Shown: positions 37,963 to 47,337 of the stretch, piece by piece
How positions within the stretch are numbered: the first letter of the stretch is position 1
Layout of the letters: each line of letters begins with the position of its first letter
Virus record (IMG/VR): IMGVR_UViG_3300046387_001330
Length of the DNA: 64,000 nt
Direction: 5' to 3' (one strand)
Source of the DNA: an uncultured virus (IMG/VR IMGVR_UViG_3300046387_001330)
Taxonomy: Duplodnaviria; Heunggongvirae; Uroviricota; Caudoviricetes
The notes under the pieces: model-generated
Told to the model about the DNA's origin: nothing
The model's input: only the letters and a program-made list of their open reading frames with translations
Database searches by the model: none
Position numbers and translations under genes: made by a program

Positions 37963-38814
37963 ATGAGAAAATTTTTTATAGTATCATCACAAAGAAGTGG
38001 AACAACTTGGTTTGCCGAGAAACTAGCAGGAATGTTTGGACGTTGGGGGGTATCTGAAGAAACTGATGTAGATTGGTGGGAAGAAATTTCAAATAAATCA
38101 TTTATTGAAAGAAAAAAACTGCAACATTATTATGTAGAAAAACCAATAATAAATGCAGAGGAGTCTACTGATTATTTAAGTAGATTAGAAGCATTCGAGG
38201 TATTTGAAACAAATAAAATTATAAGAAAAACTGAAAAATTCTATGATGATGTGTACACTTCACTGAACGACACTGAATTTGTAAATATAATGTACGATCA
38301 ATGTAGTATAAATTCTATTCTAAATTATCCAGTGATTCACTTTATCCGCAAAGATTCAGTTGCACAAGCAATAAGCAATGAAATAACAAAGCAAACTGCA
38401 ATTTTTCATAATAACGAATATTATGAAAATAAAATCAATGCGTTGTCTGATTCAGAAAAAAATATAAATTTAAAATATGACAAAGTGGCATGGGAAGCAG
38501 AAAGAATTAATTTATATAAAAAAGTTTATTTTGAAACCTTGAATAAATATCATAAAAATTGTTTGACTATTTTTTACGAAGATTGTTTAGATGAAGATTA
38601 TTGGAAAAATACTTTAAACAAAAAACTTGAAAAGTTTATGCAGGACTCAATCCAAAACTTAGAATATCAGACTGAAAATAAAAAGACAGGAAAACTTTTT
38701 AAAATTAATTTGGATAATGCCGAAGGTAGTCCGTTTGCAATTGAGATTTGTAAAAAAAATAAACTACCAATGAATAAAGACAGTTTATCAAAAATATTGA
38801 AATTCAAAGGATAA
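37963..38814 (+). CDS. Stf0-like sulfotransferase
   Basis: SSQRSGTTWF, IMYDQ, IHFIRKDSVAQAIS, IFYED. Confidence 0.75.
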   Translation: MRKFFIVSSQRSGTTWFAEKLAGMFGRWGVSEETDVDWWEEISNKSFIERKKLQHYYVEKPIINAEESTDYLSRLEAFEVFETNKIIRKTEKFYDDVYTSLNDTEFVNIMYDQCSINSILNYPVIHFIRKDSVAQAISNEITKQTAIFHNNEYYENKINALSDSEKNINLKYDKVAWEAERINLYKKVYFETLNKYHKNCLTIFYEDCLDEDYWKNTLNKKLEKFMQDSIQNLEYQTENKKTGKLFKINLDNAEGSPFAIEICKKNKLPMNKDSLSKILKFKG

Positions 38815-38820
38815 CTTTAA

Positions 38821-39423
38821 ATGATAACATCACCGAAATATAAATTCGTATTTATTGCACCAGAGAAAACGGGTACAACTTCAATCCACGATGTACTTGA
38901 AAATATTGAAGATGACAAAAAAATAGTTGGAGAGATTGTTCCCAAGGATCATAATAATTATTTATATTCAAAGCACACTTCCTGTTCAGAATTTCAAGAT
39001 AACCATTTTGAATTTATTGATTATTTCAAATTTGCTTTTGTAAGAAATCCTTGGGATCGTGTCGTTTCTTGGTATAATTTTTCAATGTATTTATCTAATT
39101 TAGAAAATGTAGAAAAAGAAAGAAATATATCAGGAAAAGACTTTTTATCTTATATAAAAGAATTTCAAAATATTTGGGGAAACGAACAGCAAAATCAATA
39201 TGAATTTACAAAATGTTGTGACTTTATAGGAAGATATGAAAATCTACAAAATGACTTTAATATGATCTGTGACAAAATTGGAATTCCACAACAAAAACTT
39301 CCACATAAAAACAAAACAAAACACAAATGTTACACCGAATACTATGACGATGAAACCCGTGAAGTTGTTGCAAAAAAATTCGCAAAAGACATTGAGTATT
39401 TTGGGTATGAATTTGGAGAATGA
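38821..39423 (+). CDS. Sulfotransferase family 2
   Basis: FIAPEKTGTTSI, FVRNPWDRVVSWY, IGRYENLQNDF, FGYEFGE. Confidence 0.9.
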   Translation: MITSPKYKFVFIAPEKTGTTSIHDVLENIEDDKKIVGEIVPKDHNNYLYSKHTSCSEFQDNHFEFIDYFKFAFVRNPWDRVVSWYNFSMYLSNLENVEKERNISGKDFLSYIKEFQNIWGNEQQNQYEFTKCCDFIGRYENLQNDFNMICDKIGIPQQKLPHKNKTKHKCYTEYYDDETREVVAKKFAKDIEYFGYEFGE

Positions 39424-39427
39424 GAAA

Positions 39428-40033
39428 ATGATAATATCACCGAAATATAAATTTATTTTCCTTTCAACTATGAAGACAGGTAGTACAAGTGTAAATGAAA
39501 TATTATCAAAAATTGAGGACTCCGAAAAGGAGGTATATGATTTAGATGAAAACGACCCTATGCTACCAAAAAACTATGATAGAAAATTTTACAAACATTC
39601 TTCTTGTTTTGATTTACAAGGGGATAAATACAAAAATTATTTAAAATTTGCATTTGTCAGAAACCCGTGGGATCGTGTGTTGTCTTGGTTCTTTTTTTAC
39701 AGTAGGTTTAATGTAATGAAGAATCTAAGTACAAAAGACGAAACATTTAATGATTTCATTTTAAATAAAAGCAAGATTTATAGGTGGGGTGGTGATAACC
39801 AATCGCAACATAATTTCACAAAATGTTGTGATTTTATAGGAAGATATGAAAATCTACAAAAAGATTTAAATACTATATGCGACAAAATTGGAATACCGCA
39901 TAAAAAACTATCTCATGTAAACAAGACAAAACATAAACATTATACAAAATACTACAATGACGAAACAAAGCAAATTGTTGCGGAAAGATTAGTAGAAGAT
40001 ATTGAGCAGTTTGGATATAAATTTGGAGAATAA
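39428..40033 (+). CDS. Sulfotransferase family 2
   Basis: Start moved from 39269 to ATG 39428 (MIISPKYKF, parallel to paralogs); MKTGSTSV, FVRNPWDRVLS, FGYKFGE. Confidence 0.9.
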   Translation: MIISPKYKFIFLSTMKTGSTSVNEILSKIEDSEKEVYDLDENDPMLPKNYDRKFYKHSSCFDLQGDKYKNYLKFAFVRNPWDRVLSWFFFYSRFNVMKNLSTKDETFNDFILNKSKIYRWGGDNQSQHNFTKCCDFIGRYENLQKDLNTICDKIGIPHKKLSHVNKTKHKHYTKYYNDETKQIVAERLVEDIEQFGYKFGE

Positions 40034-40035
40034 CA

Positions 40036-40680
40036 ATGATAATATCACATGAACATAAGTTTTTATTTTTAGCACCTGTAAAAGTGGGTACAACTTCAAT
40101 TCGTTCGTGTTTAAAACAATACAGTTCAATAGATCTTTCCAAATTTTACGATGATCCGAGTAGTTTTTATTATCAGCAGTGGCACATAAATACAAAAAAT
40201 ACAAAAAAACACTTTGATGAACAAAATTGGAATTGGACTGATTATTTTAAATTTTCATTTGTAAGAAATCCGTGGGACCGTGTGGTATCTTGGTACAAAT
40301 ATCAGATTAAATGGGTAAAGAAATATGAGATGGGTTTGGGAGGGAATACTGTATATTATAACCGATATAAAAAAGTTAGTAAATTAAGTTTTAGAGAATG
40401 GCTTGAAAATATTGAAAATATGATATTAGAAGATTTTTACGATTTCTTCATTTGTAATTCAAATAATATCTGTTTAGATTATATTGGTCGTTTCGAGAAC
40501 CTCCAAGAAGACTTTGATAAAATCTGCGATAAAATTAAAATTCCACGGCAACAACTTCCACACAAAAACAAAACAAAACACAAACACTACACTGAATACT
40601 ACGATGAAGAAACAAAGCAGATTGTTGCGGAAGTTTTCGCAAAAGATATTGAGCATTTTAATTACAAATTTGGAGAATAA
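40036..40680 (+). CDS. Sulfotransferase family 2
   Basis: PVKVGTTSI, FVRNPWDRVVSWY, IGRFENLQEDF. Confidence 0.9.
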   Translation: MIISHEHKFLFLAPVKVGTTSIRSCLKQYSSIDLSKFYDDPSSFYYQQWHINTKNTKKHFDEQNWNWTDYFKFSFVRNPWDRVVSWYKYQIKWVKKYEMGLGGNTVYYNRYKKVSKLSFREWLENIENMILEDFYDFFICNSNNICLDYIGRFENLQEDFDKICDKIKIPRQQLPHKNKTKHKHYTEYYDEETKQIVAEVFAKDIEHFNYKFGE

Positions 40681-40683
40681 ACT

Positions 40684-41490
40684 ATGAAAGCAAATATTAA
40701 ATATGAAGAAAATGATGAAGGTGTATTTAATTATAATTTATCTAATCACAAAATAGGAAAAATCTCAGGATTTAGAAATTTTGATGGAACACAAAAAGAT
40801 ATAGTTTTTTTAGGTGCGGCCCAAACAATGGGAAGATACTCCCACAATCCATTTCCTATGCTTGTTGAAGATAACACACAATATACTGTTGCTAATTTTG
40901 GTTGGGGTGGTGTGGGTGATTACCAATACAATACACCTGAATTTTTAGATTATATAAATTCATCAAAATTATGCGTTTATCAAATTAATTCAGGTAGAAG
41001 CACAAAAAACTTTAATCAAACATTTGATTTAGGAGATACACCTATTAATGAAAGACCTCCAAAAATTATTAATTTATATAAAAATAATTTTTCTGATTTT
41101 AAATCAAGGTTATTTGAAAATAAAAAAGAATACTTAGAAAGTGTAAATTGTTTACTGACAAAAATAAAGATACCAGTGCTTTTTGTTTATGTTTCAAAGC
41201 ATGATTTAAAACAGGTGGATGAAACTAAAATAATCAATGATCAACCAATGGAATTATTATGGAATTTCCCTCAGTTCGTTACTAAGCAGATGGTAGAGGA
41301 AGTTACCAGGGGATGCGATTTAGGGTGCTTTAAGCAACCAAAGATTGCACGATTACCTAAATCAATTATTGACAACGAATCTCCACAAAACAATAATGTC
41401 TTTCAATTAGACGATTATTATCCTGATCAGAAAACTCATTTTGATATCGCAGAGTGGTTAATACCTCATATTAAAAACTTACTAAAATAA
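40684..41490 (+). CDS. SGNH-like / DUF6473-like protein
   Basis: IVFLGAAQTMGR..PFP, VANFGWGG, YQINSGRS, DDYYPDQKTH; canonical catalytic Ser and His appear substituted. Confidence 0.5.
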   Translation: MKANIKYEENDEGVFNYNLSNHKIGKISGFRNFDGTQKDIVFLGAAQTMGRYSHNPFPMLVEDNTQYTVANFGWGGVGDYQYNTPEFLDYINSSKLCVYQINSGRSTKNFNQTFDLGDTPINERPPKIINLYKNNFSDFKSRLFENKKEYLESVNCLLTKIKIPVLFVYVSKHDLKQVDETKIINDQPMELLWNFPQFVTKQMVEEVTRGCDLGCFKQPKIARLPKSIIDNESPQNNNVFQLDDYYPDQKTHFDIAEWLIPHIKNLLK

Positions 41491-41495
41491 AATAG

Positions 41496-42182
41496 ATGAT
41501 TAGTCACAAACACAAATTTATATTTATTCACATCCCTAAGTGTGGGGGGACGAGTGTAGAACTTGCACTTTTGAAAAATGAGGGAATTGGTACTCAAAAT
41601 TTTACTAAAGATGATTTAAATTTTTTGTCTAAAGAACAAAAACAAAAATATAGAATTGGATATGACTATAATGGAATTACAACTCAACATCGTAAAATTG
41701 ATCAATATAAAAATTTTAGAGAAAAAAATTATTTTACATTCACATTTATTAGAAATCCGTGGGAAAGATTTTTAAGTGAGTATTTTTATCTTATTAAAAA
41801 AGAAAATATATTTCATGACTCACATCCAAACAGAAAACCAACTTGGACAAAAGAATTCCAACAAGCATTTTCTTGCTTTAAAGATTTTGTAAGGGGTGAT
41901 CATAATAAGTGGATACTCAATGGACACGAACAACCGCAAATTGATTTTGTATTAAATGAAAACAAATGTAAAATGATAAATTTTGTAGGAAGATGTGAAG
42001 ATATGCAAACTGACTTTGATTATGTATGCAAAAAACTTAATATTCCTAAAATGCAATTACCATACAGAAATCCAACAAAACACAAACACTATACCGAATA
42101 CTACGATGAAGAAACAAAACAAATCGTTGCAAAAAAATTTGCAAAAGACATTGCTTATTTTGGATATAAATTTGGTGAGTAA
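41496..42182 (+). CDS. Sulfotransferase family 2
   Basis: FIHIPKCGGTSVE, FIRNPWERFLS, HEQPQ, FGYKFGE. Confidence 0.9.
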   Translation: MISHKHKFIFIHIPKCGGTSVELALLKNEGIGTQNFTKDDLNFLSKEQKQKYRIGYDYNGITTQHRKIDQYKNFREKNYFTFTFIRNPWERFLSEYFYLIKKENIFHDSHPNRKPTWTKEFQQAFSCFKDFVRGDHNKWILNGHEQPQIDFVLNENKCKMINFVGRCEDMQTDFDYVCKKLNIPKMQLPYRNPTKHKHYTEYYDEETKQIVAKKFAKDIAYFGYKFGE

Positions 42183-42220
42183 ATCAAATTAAAAACTTTA
42201 AATAACAACTAATTATATAC

Positions 42221-43246
42221 ATGGCAAATAAAAGAAATATACTTGTATGTGGTGGTGGTGGATTCATTGCTGGACATTTAGCAAAAGACCTTCAAGAACA
42301 AGGTCATAACGTGCGTGTGGTTGATAAAAAACCACTTGAGCAATGGTATCAACCAGTTGAAGGAACAGAGCAACTTGTTTTTGACCTTGAGTTGCGTGAA
42401 AACTGCATGAAAGCAGCCGAAGGAATGGACATGGTATACAATCTTGCTTGCAACATGGGTGGAATGGGATTTATTGAAAACAACCACGCATTGTGTATGC
42501 TCAGTGTTCTTATTAATGTTCATATGCTTGTAGCAGCCAAAGAGCATGGTATCAAAGACTTTCTATATAGTAGTAGTGCTTGTGCATATCCTACTTACAA
42601 ACAAACCGAAATTAAAAGTGCTGATGATCAAGCATTGGCAGAACCTGATGCGTATCCTGCTGATCCAGAAAGTGGATACGGATGGGAAAAACTTTTTAAC
42701 GAAATTCTTACCAACTTTTACGAAGCAGATTATGACATGAATGTTCGCATTCCTCGTTATCACAATGTTTATGGTCCTTATGGCACTTGGCAAGGTGGTC
42801 GTGAAAAAGCACCGGCTGCATTGTGTCGTAAAATCATTGAAGCAAAATTAAGTGGAAATCACGAAATTGAAGTATGGGGTGACGGAGAACAAACTCGTTC
42901 ATTCATGTACATTGATGACTGCATCACCGGAATGGATAAAATGTGGGCAAGTGATTATACGAAACCATTGAATCTTGGAAGTAGTGAAATGGTCAGCATC
43001 AATCAACTTATTGACATGATTGAAAAAATTGCTGAAATTAAAGTTGAAAGAAAATACGATTTAACAAAACCTCAAGGTGTGCGTGGAAGAAATTCAGATA
43101 ATACGTTAATCAAAGAAGTTACAGGTTGGGAGCCAAGTGTCGGATTGCAAGAAGGTTTAGAAAAAACATATGCTTGGATTTATCAACAAATCAAAGAAGG
43201 AAAACAAGACGCAAGTTTAAATTATTCTAAAGAAGCAGGAGTGTAA
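42221..43246 (+). CDS. NAD-dependent epimerase, GDP-mannose 3',5'-epimerase-like
   Basis: GGGGFIA, NLACNMGGMGFI, YSSSACAYP, AYPADPESGYGWEKL, GREKAPAALCRK, WGDGEQTRSF, GVRGRNSDN. Confidence 0.9.
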   Translation: MANKRNILVCGGGGFIAGHLAKDLQEQGHNVRVVDKKPLEQWYQPVEGTEQLVFDLELRENCMKAAEGMDMVYNLACNMGGMGFIENNHALCMLSVLINVHMLVAAKEHGIKDFLYSSSACAYPTYKQTEIKSADDQALAEPDAYPADPESGYGWEKLFNEILTNFYEADYDMNVRIPRYHNVYGPYGTWQGGREKAPAALCRKIIEAKLSGNHEIEVWGDGEQTRSFMYIDDCITGMDKMWASDYTKPLNLGSSEMVSINQLIDMIEKIAEIKVERKYDLTKPQGVRGRNSDNTLIKEVTGWEPSVGLQEGLEKTYAWIYQQIKEGKQDASLNYSKEAGV

Positions 43247-43260
43247 ATTTATTTCATTTA

Positions 43261-43269
43261 ATATTTATT
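43261..43269 (+). promoter_or_regulatory. ATATTTATT motif, candidate late promoter
   Basis: 4 nt before GTG 43274. Confidence 0.5.
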
Positions 43270-43273
43270 AAAT

Positions 43274-45193
43274 GTGAATGTAATTATACCACTAGGTGGT
43301 TTAGGTAAACGATTTCTTGATGCAGGATACGATTTACCAAAACCTTTAATAAGTTTATTTTTAAAACCAATTATATTTTGGTTACTTGATAATTTAACAT
43401 TGCAACCAAATGATAAGGTTTTTATTATTTGTAATAAATCTTTGGAAAAATATCGTTTTGATGCATTGATTAAAAAAAAATATCCTAATTTTAATATAAT
43501 TTATTTAAAAAATGATACCCGTGGTGCGGCCGAAACTATATACCTTGGTACAAAAAACATAAGAAATAACAAAGAAACGATATTGTTAGACGGAGATACT
43601 TTTTATAATATAAATCTATTGGATTTGTATAGAAAGCAAAAAAACAAAAATTTAATCGTTTCATTTAAACAATCAGACACGAATCCTGTTTACTCGTATA
43701 TTGAATTAGACAAAAATAAATCTGTTCTAAGAATTGCTGAAAAAGAAAGAATTTCTAATTTAGCAAATACGGGTGCATACGCATTTTCAAAATTAAATGA
43801 ACTTAAAAGATATTGTAAATTAATTATAGATAATAATTTAAAATTTGGTGATGAGTTTTACATGAGTCGTGTAATATCTGAAATGATAAACGATGGTAGT
43901 AACTTTGGTTCTATTGTAATATCAGAATCAGATTTTGATGTAGTTGGAACTCCGTTTCAATATAAATTATTTCAAAATAAATTTTTAAGTTCACACAAAA
44001 CTTCAGACCATTTTGAAAAATACAGAATATGCTTTGATTTTGATAATACGTTGGTTTCATATCCAACAATTACGGCAGATTACACTTCGGTTGAACCGAT
44101 TCAACAAAATATTGACTTTTTAAAATTTTTAAAAGAATTGGGTTGTACGATAATTATTTATACTGCCAGACGAATGAAAACTCACAATGGTAATGTTGGA
44201 AAAATAACTGCCGATGTAGGTAAAATTACAATAGAGACTCTTGAAAACTTTGAAATACCGTATGATGAGTTATACTTCGGTAAACCATATGCCCATGCTT
44301 ACATCGATGATCTTGCAGTAAATGCTTTTGATGATCTTGAAAAAGTAATGGGTGTGAGTTCATTTAAGATAGAGGAACGAGATTTTAATTCGGTAAAATC
44401 AAATACACTCGAAGTAATAACAAAAAAATCATCGCAGACAAATAAACTTAAAGGTGAGATAATGTGGTATCAAAATTTACCTATGAAATTTTCAGATTAT
44501 GTACCACGGGTAATTTCACACAGTGGAAATTTTTCAGAATATACAATGGAAAAAATAGAAGGAATAACTTTTCAAGAACTATTTTTATCAAACAATTTAA
44601 AAGATGATGTATTTTTAATGCTATTGAATATTTTAAAAAATCTACATTCACATAATGATTGTAATACAGAAACAGGTAATTTAATATATGCAAACTATGC
44701 TGAAAAATTAATAGATAGAAATAAAAAATATGACTATTCAAAATTTGATAATCATAAAAAAGTTTTTCATAGTATTACAAAAAATCTTAAAGATTACGAA
44801 ACTAACGGAAATGGAGTCTGTGGATTAATTCACGGAGATGTGGTTTTTACAAACATTATTGTTGATAAATTTGGAAAATTGAAGCTAATTGATCCACGTG
44901 GGTTACTAGGCAACACGGTTACTAATAATGGTGACATAATGTATGATTACGCAAAAATTCTTCAGTCATTGATTGGGTATGATGAAGTGATGCAAATGAA
45001 AGTAGTAAATGATGATTATAGAAAAAGTCTTATAAATTTATTGTTTGATTTTATTTCTACTAATTATGATTTAAAATATATTAATTATATAAAGACAATT
45101 ACTAAAAGTCTTTTATATAGTTTAATTCCATTGCATGATAACGATAAATGTTTTGGTTATTATCAATTAATATCTAAACTCGATGAAATTTAA
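43274..45193 (+). CDS. Trifunctional fusion: sugar nucleotidyltransferase, HAD-type phosphatase and APH/choline-kinase-like phosphotransferase
   Basis: IPLGGLGKRF..PKPLI, TRGAAET, LLDGD, EKERISN; CFDFDNTL, IYTARRM, FGKPYAHAYIDD; IHGDVVFTNI, LIDPRG, GDIMYDYAK. Confidence 0.85.
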   Translation: MNVIIPLGGLGKRFLDAGYDLPKPLISLFLKPIIFWLLDNLTLQPNDKVFIICNKSLEKYRFDALIKKKYPNFNIIYLKNDTRGAAETIYLGTKNIRNNKETILLDGDTFYNINLLDLYRKQKNKNLIVSFKQSDTNPVYSYIELDKNKSVLRIAEKERISNLANTGAYAFSKLNELKRYCKLIIDNNLKFGDEFYMSRVISEMINDGSNFGSIVISESDFDVVGTPFQYKLFQNKFLSSHKTSDHFEKYRICFDFDNTLVSYPTITADYTSVEPIQQNIDFLKFLKELGCTIIIYTARRMKTHNGNVGKITADVGKITIETLENFEIPYDELYFGKPYAHAYIDDLAVNAFDDLEKVMGVSSFKIEERDFNSVKSNTLEVITKKSSQTNKLKGEIMWYQNLPMKFSDYVPRVISHSGNFSEYTMEKIEGITFQELFLSNNLKDDVFLMLLNILKNLHSHNDCNTETGNLIYANYAEKLIDRNKKYDYSKFDNHKKVFHSITKNLKDYETNGNGVCGLIHGDVVFTNIIVDKFGKLKLIDPRGLLGNTVTNNGDIMYDYAKILQSLIGYDEVMQMKVVNDDYRKSLINLLFDFISTNYDLKYINYIKTITKSLLYSLIPLHDNDKCFGYYQLISKLDEI

Positions 45194-46248
45194 TGAGAAA
45201 AGTTGTTATATTAAAACCAATTGATCGTACCGACAAAGGACGTGTGTATACAAATAGACATCTTTATATGTTCCAACCTTTTGTAGATACTATATATAAC
45301 GGCATAATTGAAAATTATGGTACTGAAATTCAAGTTGATTTGCATGAAATAGAGACAGGATGGAGATGGGATAAACGAGGAAGGTGGAGTGAAAAAGATT
45401 CCAGAAAAACTAGAGATAAGATATTTGAGAGTCTTAATTCGGGTGATATACTCATTATAATAGGATTGTGGAGTTGTCCTTGGTATAATTTTGCAGAATA
45501 TAAAAAAAGAGGAATCAAAACAATTGTGTATGAAACTGAACCTTTGGGGAGACTATGGAAAAAAGTATATTATTTCCAAGGTTTAGATGAAAAGGATTGT
45601 CCAGATGAAGTTTGGACTTATTGTCATTACAATGTTTGGAATTATACTTGTCGTAAAATAACTAATAAGTTAAAACTAAGAGTTGTGTATCCTGGATACA
45701 TTAATAATTCCCCAACTATAAAACAAACTTCGTCTACTCAGTTTTTAATGATGAGTTCAATGTATGATCCAAACTATGCAACAAGACGAGCAATCGTTGG
45801 GCATCATAATAATAAAAGTGAATTTTTTCGTGACAATCAATTTAAAATAGAGTGGTGGGATGATAAGTCATTTATAGACACATACAATGACAATTTAGAT
45901 AAAGTTTCTGGTATAACTGCAAATATTTTAAAAAGTTCCAATTTAAGAAAAGGAAACCGCAGAAGGTTTCATCAACCATTTAATTCTGCTAGTATAATTA
46001 GATATGTTGGTTTTGGAGTTTTAGTTGTATCTGATCAAATAAATCAAAGAAGTTCATGTTGCCAAGAAGATGTTGAGATTTTTAAAGACTTAGTTGATTT
46101 TTGCCATATACACAATCTGTCTTCAAAACTAGAGAATATAACAAACATACCTGTGGATGAAAGACAAAAAATTGCCGATACTCGTTTGAGTATATTAAAA
46201 GAAAGATTTTCAGCAAAAGAATGTTTAAAAGATGTAGATTTAATATAA
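45193..46248 (+). CDS. Hypothetical protein, possibly a divergent GT-B glycosyltransferase
   Basis: 351-aa ORF coupled by TAATG; IVYETEP, DEVWTY, GVLVVSD; function suggested mainly by context. Confidence 0.5.
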   Translation: MRKVVILKPIDRTDKGRVYTNRHLYMFQPFVDTIYNGIIENYGTEIQVDLHEIETGWRWDKRGRWSEKDSRKTRDKIFESLNSGDILIIIGLWSCPWYNFAEYKKRGIKTIVYETEPLGRLWKKVYYFQGLDEKDCPDEVWTYCHYNVWNYTCRKITNKLKLRVVYPGYINNSPTIKQTSSTQFLMMSSMYDPNYATRRAIVGHHNNKSEFFRDNQFKIEWWDDKSFIDTYNDNLDKVSGITANILKSSNLRKGNRRRFHQPFNSASIIRYVGFGVLVVSDQINQRSSCCQEDVEIFKDLVDFCHIHNLSSKLENITNIPVDERQKIADTRLSILKERFSAKECLKDVDLI

Positions 46249-46262
46249 AAAATACTTAGTTT

Positions 46263-46271
46263 ATATTTATT
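46263..46271 (+). promoter_or_regulatory. ATATTTATT motif, followed by an AAGGAG ribosome-binding site
   Basis: Intergenic, 12 nt before ATG 46284. Confidence 0.5.
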
Positions 46272-46283
46272 ATAAAAAAGGAG

Positions 46284-47336
46284 ATGCTGATGAATAAAAC
46301 TAAATTGCTATCGTATGTAAACGAAGGATACCTTGACTTTGCGGTCAATTGGTTGAAATATATAAGAAAGTTAGATATGCAACATTTATCTATTGTTTAT
46401 TGCTTGGATGATGCTTCATATGAAAGAATGTCGCAAGAAAAAGACATTGAAGCAAAAAGATGGAATAGTGAGTTGTTTCATATAGAGTCAACATCTGAGT
46501 TTCATAGTAAAGGATGGGATGCCTTGATGTGGAATAAAATGGAAGCAACACATCAATTGTTATCTCAAGGGTACAATGTTCTTTATGCTGATACGGACAT
46601 TTGTTTTTTGAAAAATCCTTTAGAAGACCTTGAAAAATTATGTGAAGAGGGTGGATATGACACCGCAATTCAAGTTGCCGGTGGTGATAGTATTTGTCCT
46701 GGTTTCTTTTATGCCAAAAGCAACCCAAAAACAATTCATTTGTTTAACATTGATAGAGAAGATTTCAAACGAGGATACATTGAAACAAATGAAGATGGAG
46801 AAATCAAACAACGCAAATTCAAAGAAGATATGATGCTTCTTAATCTTCGTTTGCATCGTGCGATAGAACCCGACGATGTTAGTTATGTGCAATTAAGTGC
46901 AGATGGTTATCCACAAGGAGTTCACTGGGAACGAAACATTAAAAATCGTGGCCGTGAAAGAGCAGAAAATGATGCTTTTATTGTACACTTTAATTGTACG
47001 GTTGGTTGGAGTAACATTGACGAAATGCACGCTAATGGTCTTGAGAACTTTGATTATCATCAACGCAAAGTATGGAATATGCTTCGTCACGATATGTGGT
47101 TAGGGGATATACCAGAAGGAATGAGCAAACCTGACGAAATTGTTGAAATGGGCCCTGGACCACTTACTGAAGCATATCGTGCTGAAAAACGAGCAAATCG
47201 TGGACGTAGAAAACCAAGAGGTGAAGGACGTCGTGAAAGAAAAGAAAGAGAAGGTCGCAAACCAAGGGGTGAAGGTAGACAAGCACGAAAAGATCGTGAA
47301 GCAAAAGAAAAATTACAATCAGAAAAAGAATCATAA
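46284..47336 (+). CDS. Nucleotide-diphospho-sugar transferase (GT77-like) with an Arg/Lys/Glu-rich tail
   Basis: YVNEGYLDFAVNW, VYCLDD, GYNVLYADTDICFLKNP, CPGFFY, VHFN; tail RKPRGEGRRERKEREGRKPRGEGR; start may be ATG 46290. Confidence 0.8.
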   Translation: MLMNKTKLLSYVNEGYLDFAVNWLKYIRKLDMQHLSIVYCLDDASYERMSQEKDIEAKRWNSELFHIESTSEFHSKGWDALMWNKMEATHQLLSQGYNVLYADTDICFLKNPLEDLEKLCEEGGYDTAIQVAGGDSICPGFFYAKSNPKTIHLFNIDREDFKRGYIETNEDGEIKQRKFKEDMMLLNLRLHRAIEPDDVSYVQLSADGYPQGVHWERNIKNRGRERAENDAFIVHFNCTVGWSNIDEMHANGLENFDYHQRKVWNMLRHDMWLGDIPEGMSKPDEIVEMGPGPLTEAYRAEKRANRGRRKPRGEGRRERKEREGRKPRGEGRQARKDREAKEKLQSEKES

Positions 47337-47337
47337 T

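Noticed and set aside
39269..39427. In-frame upstream extension of gene 39428 and an (AAAAC)3 tract at ~39307 that could fuse two sulfotransferases by slippage
   Set aside because: The open alternate frame is a by-product of the conserved 3' end (also seen at 34119, 40484 and 41995). The same tract near 40565 would not produce a fusion, and three units are too few for phase variation.
33780..43480. A8-A9 homopolymers (33780, 33817, 43472) as phase-variation switches
   Set aside because: Expected in Lys-rich, AT-rich coding DNA; the frames are intact.
47140..47337. 66-aa N-terminal extension of the GHKL ATPase
   Set aside because: It is the alternate frame of the purine-rich tail of the upstream gene; ATG 47338 directly follows that gene's stop.
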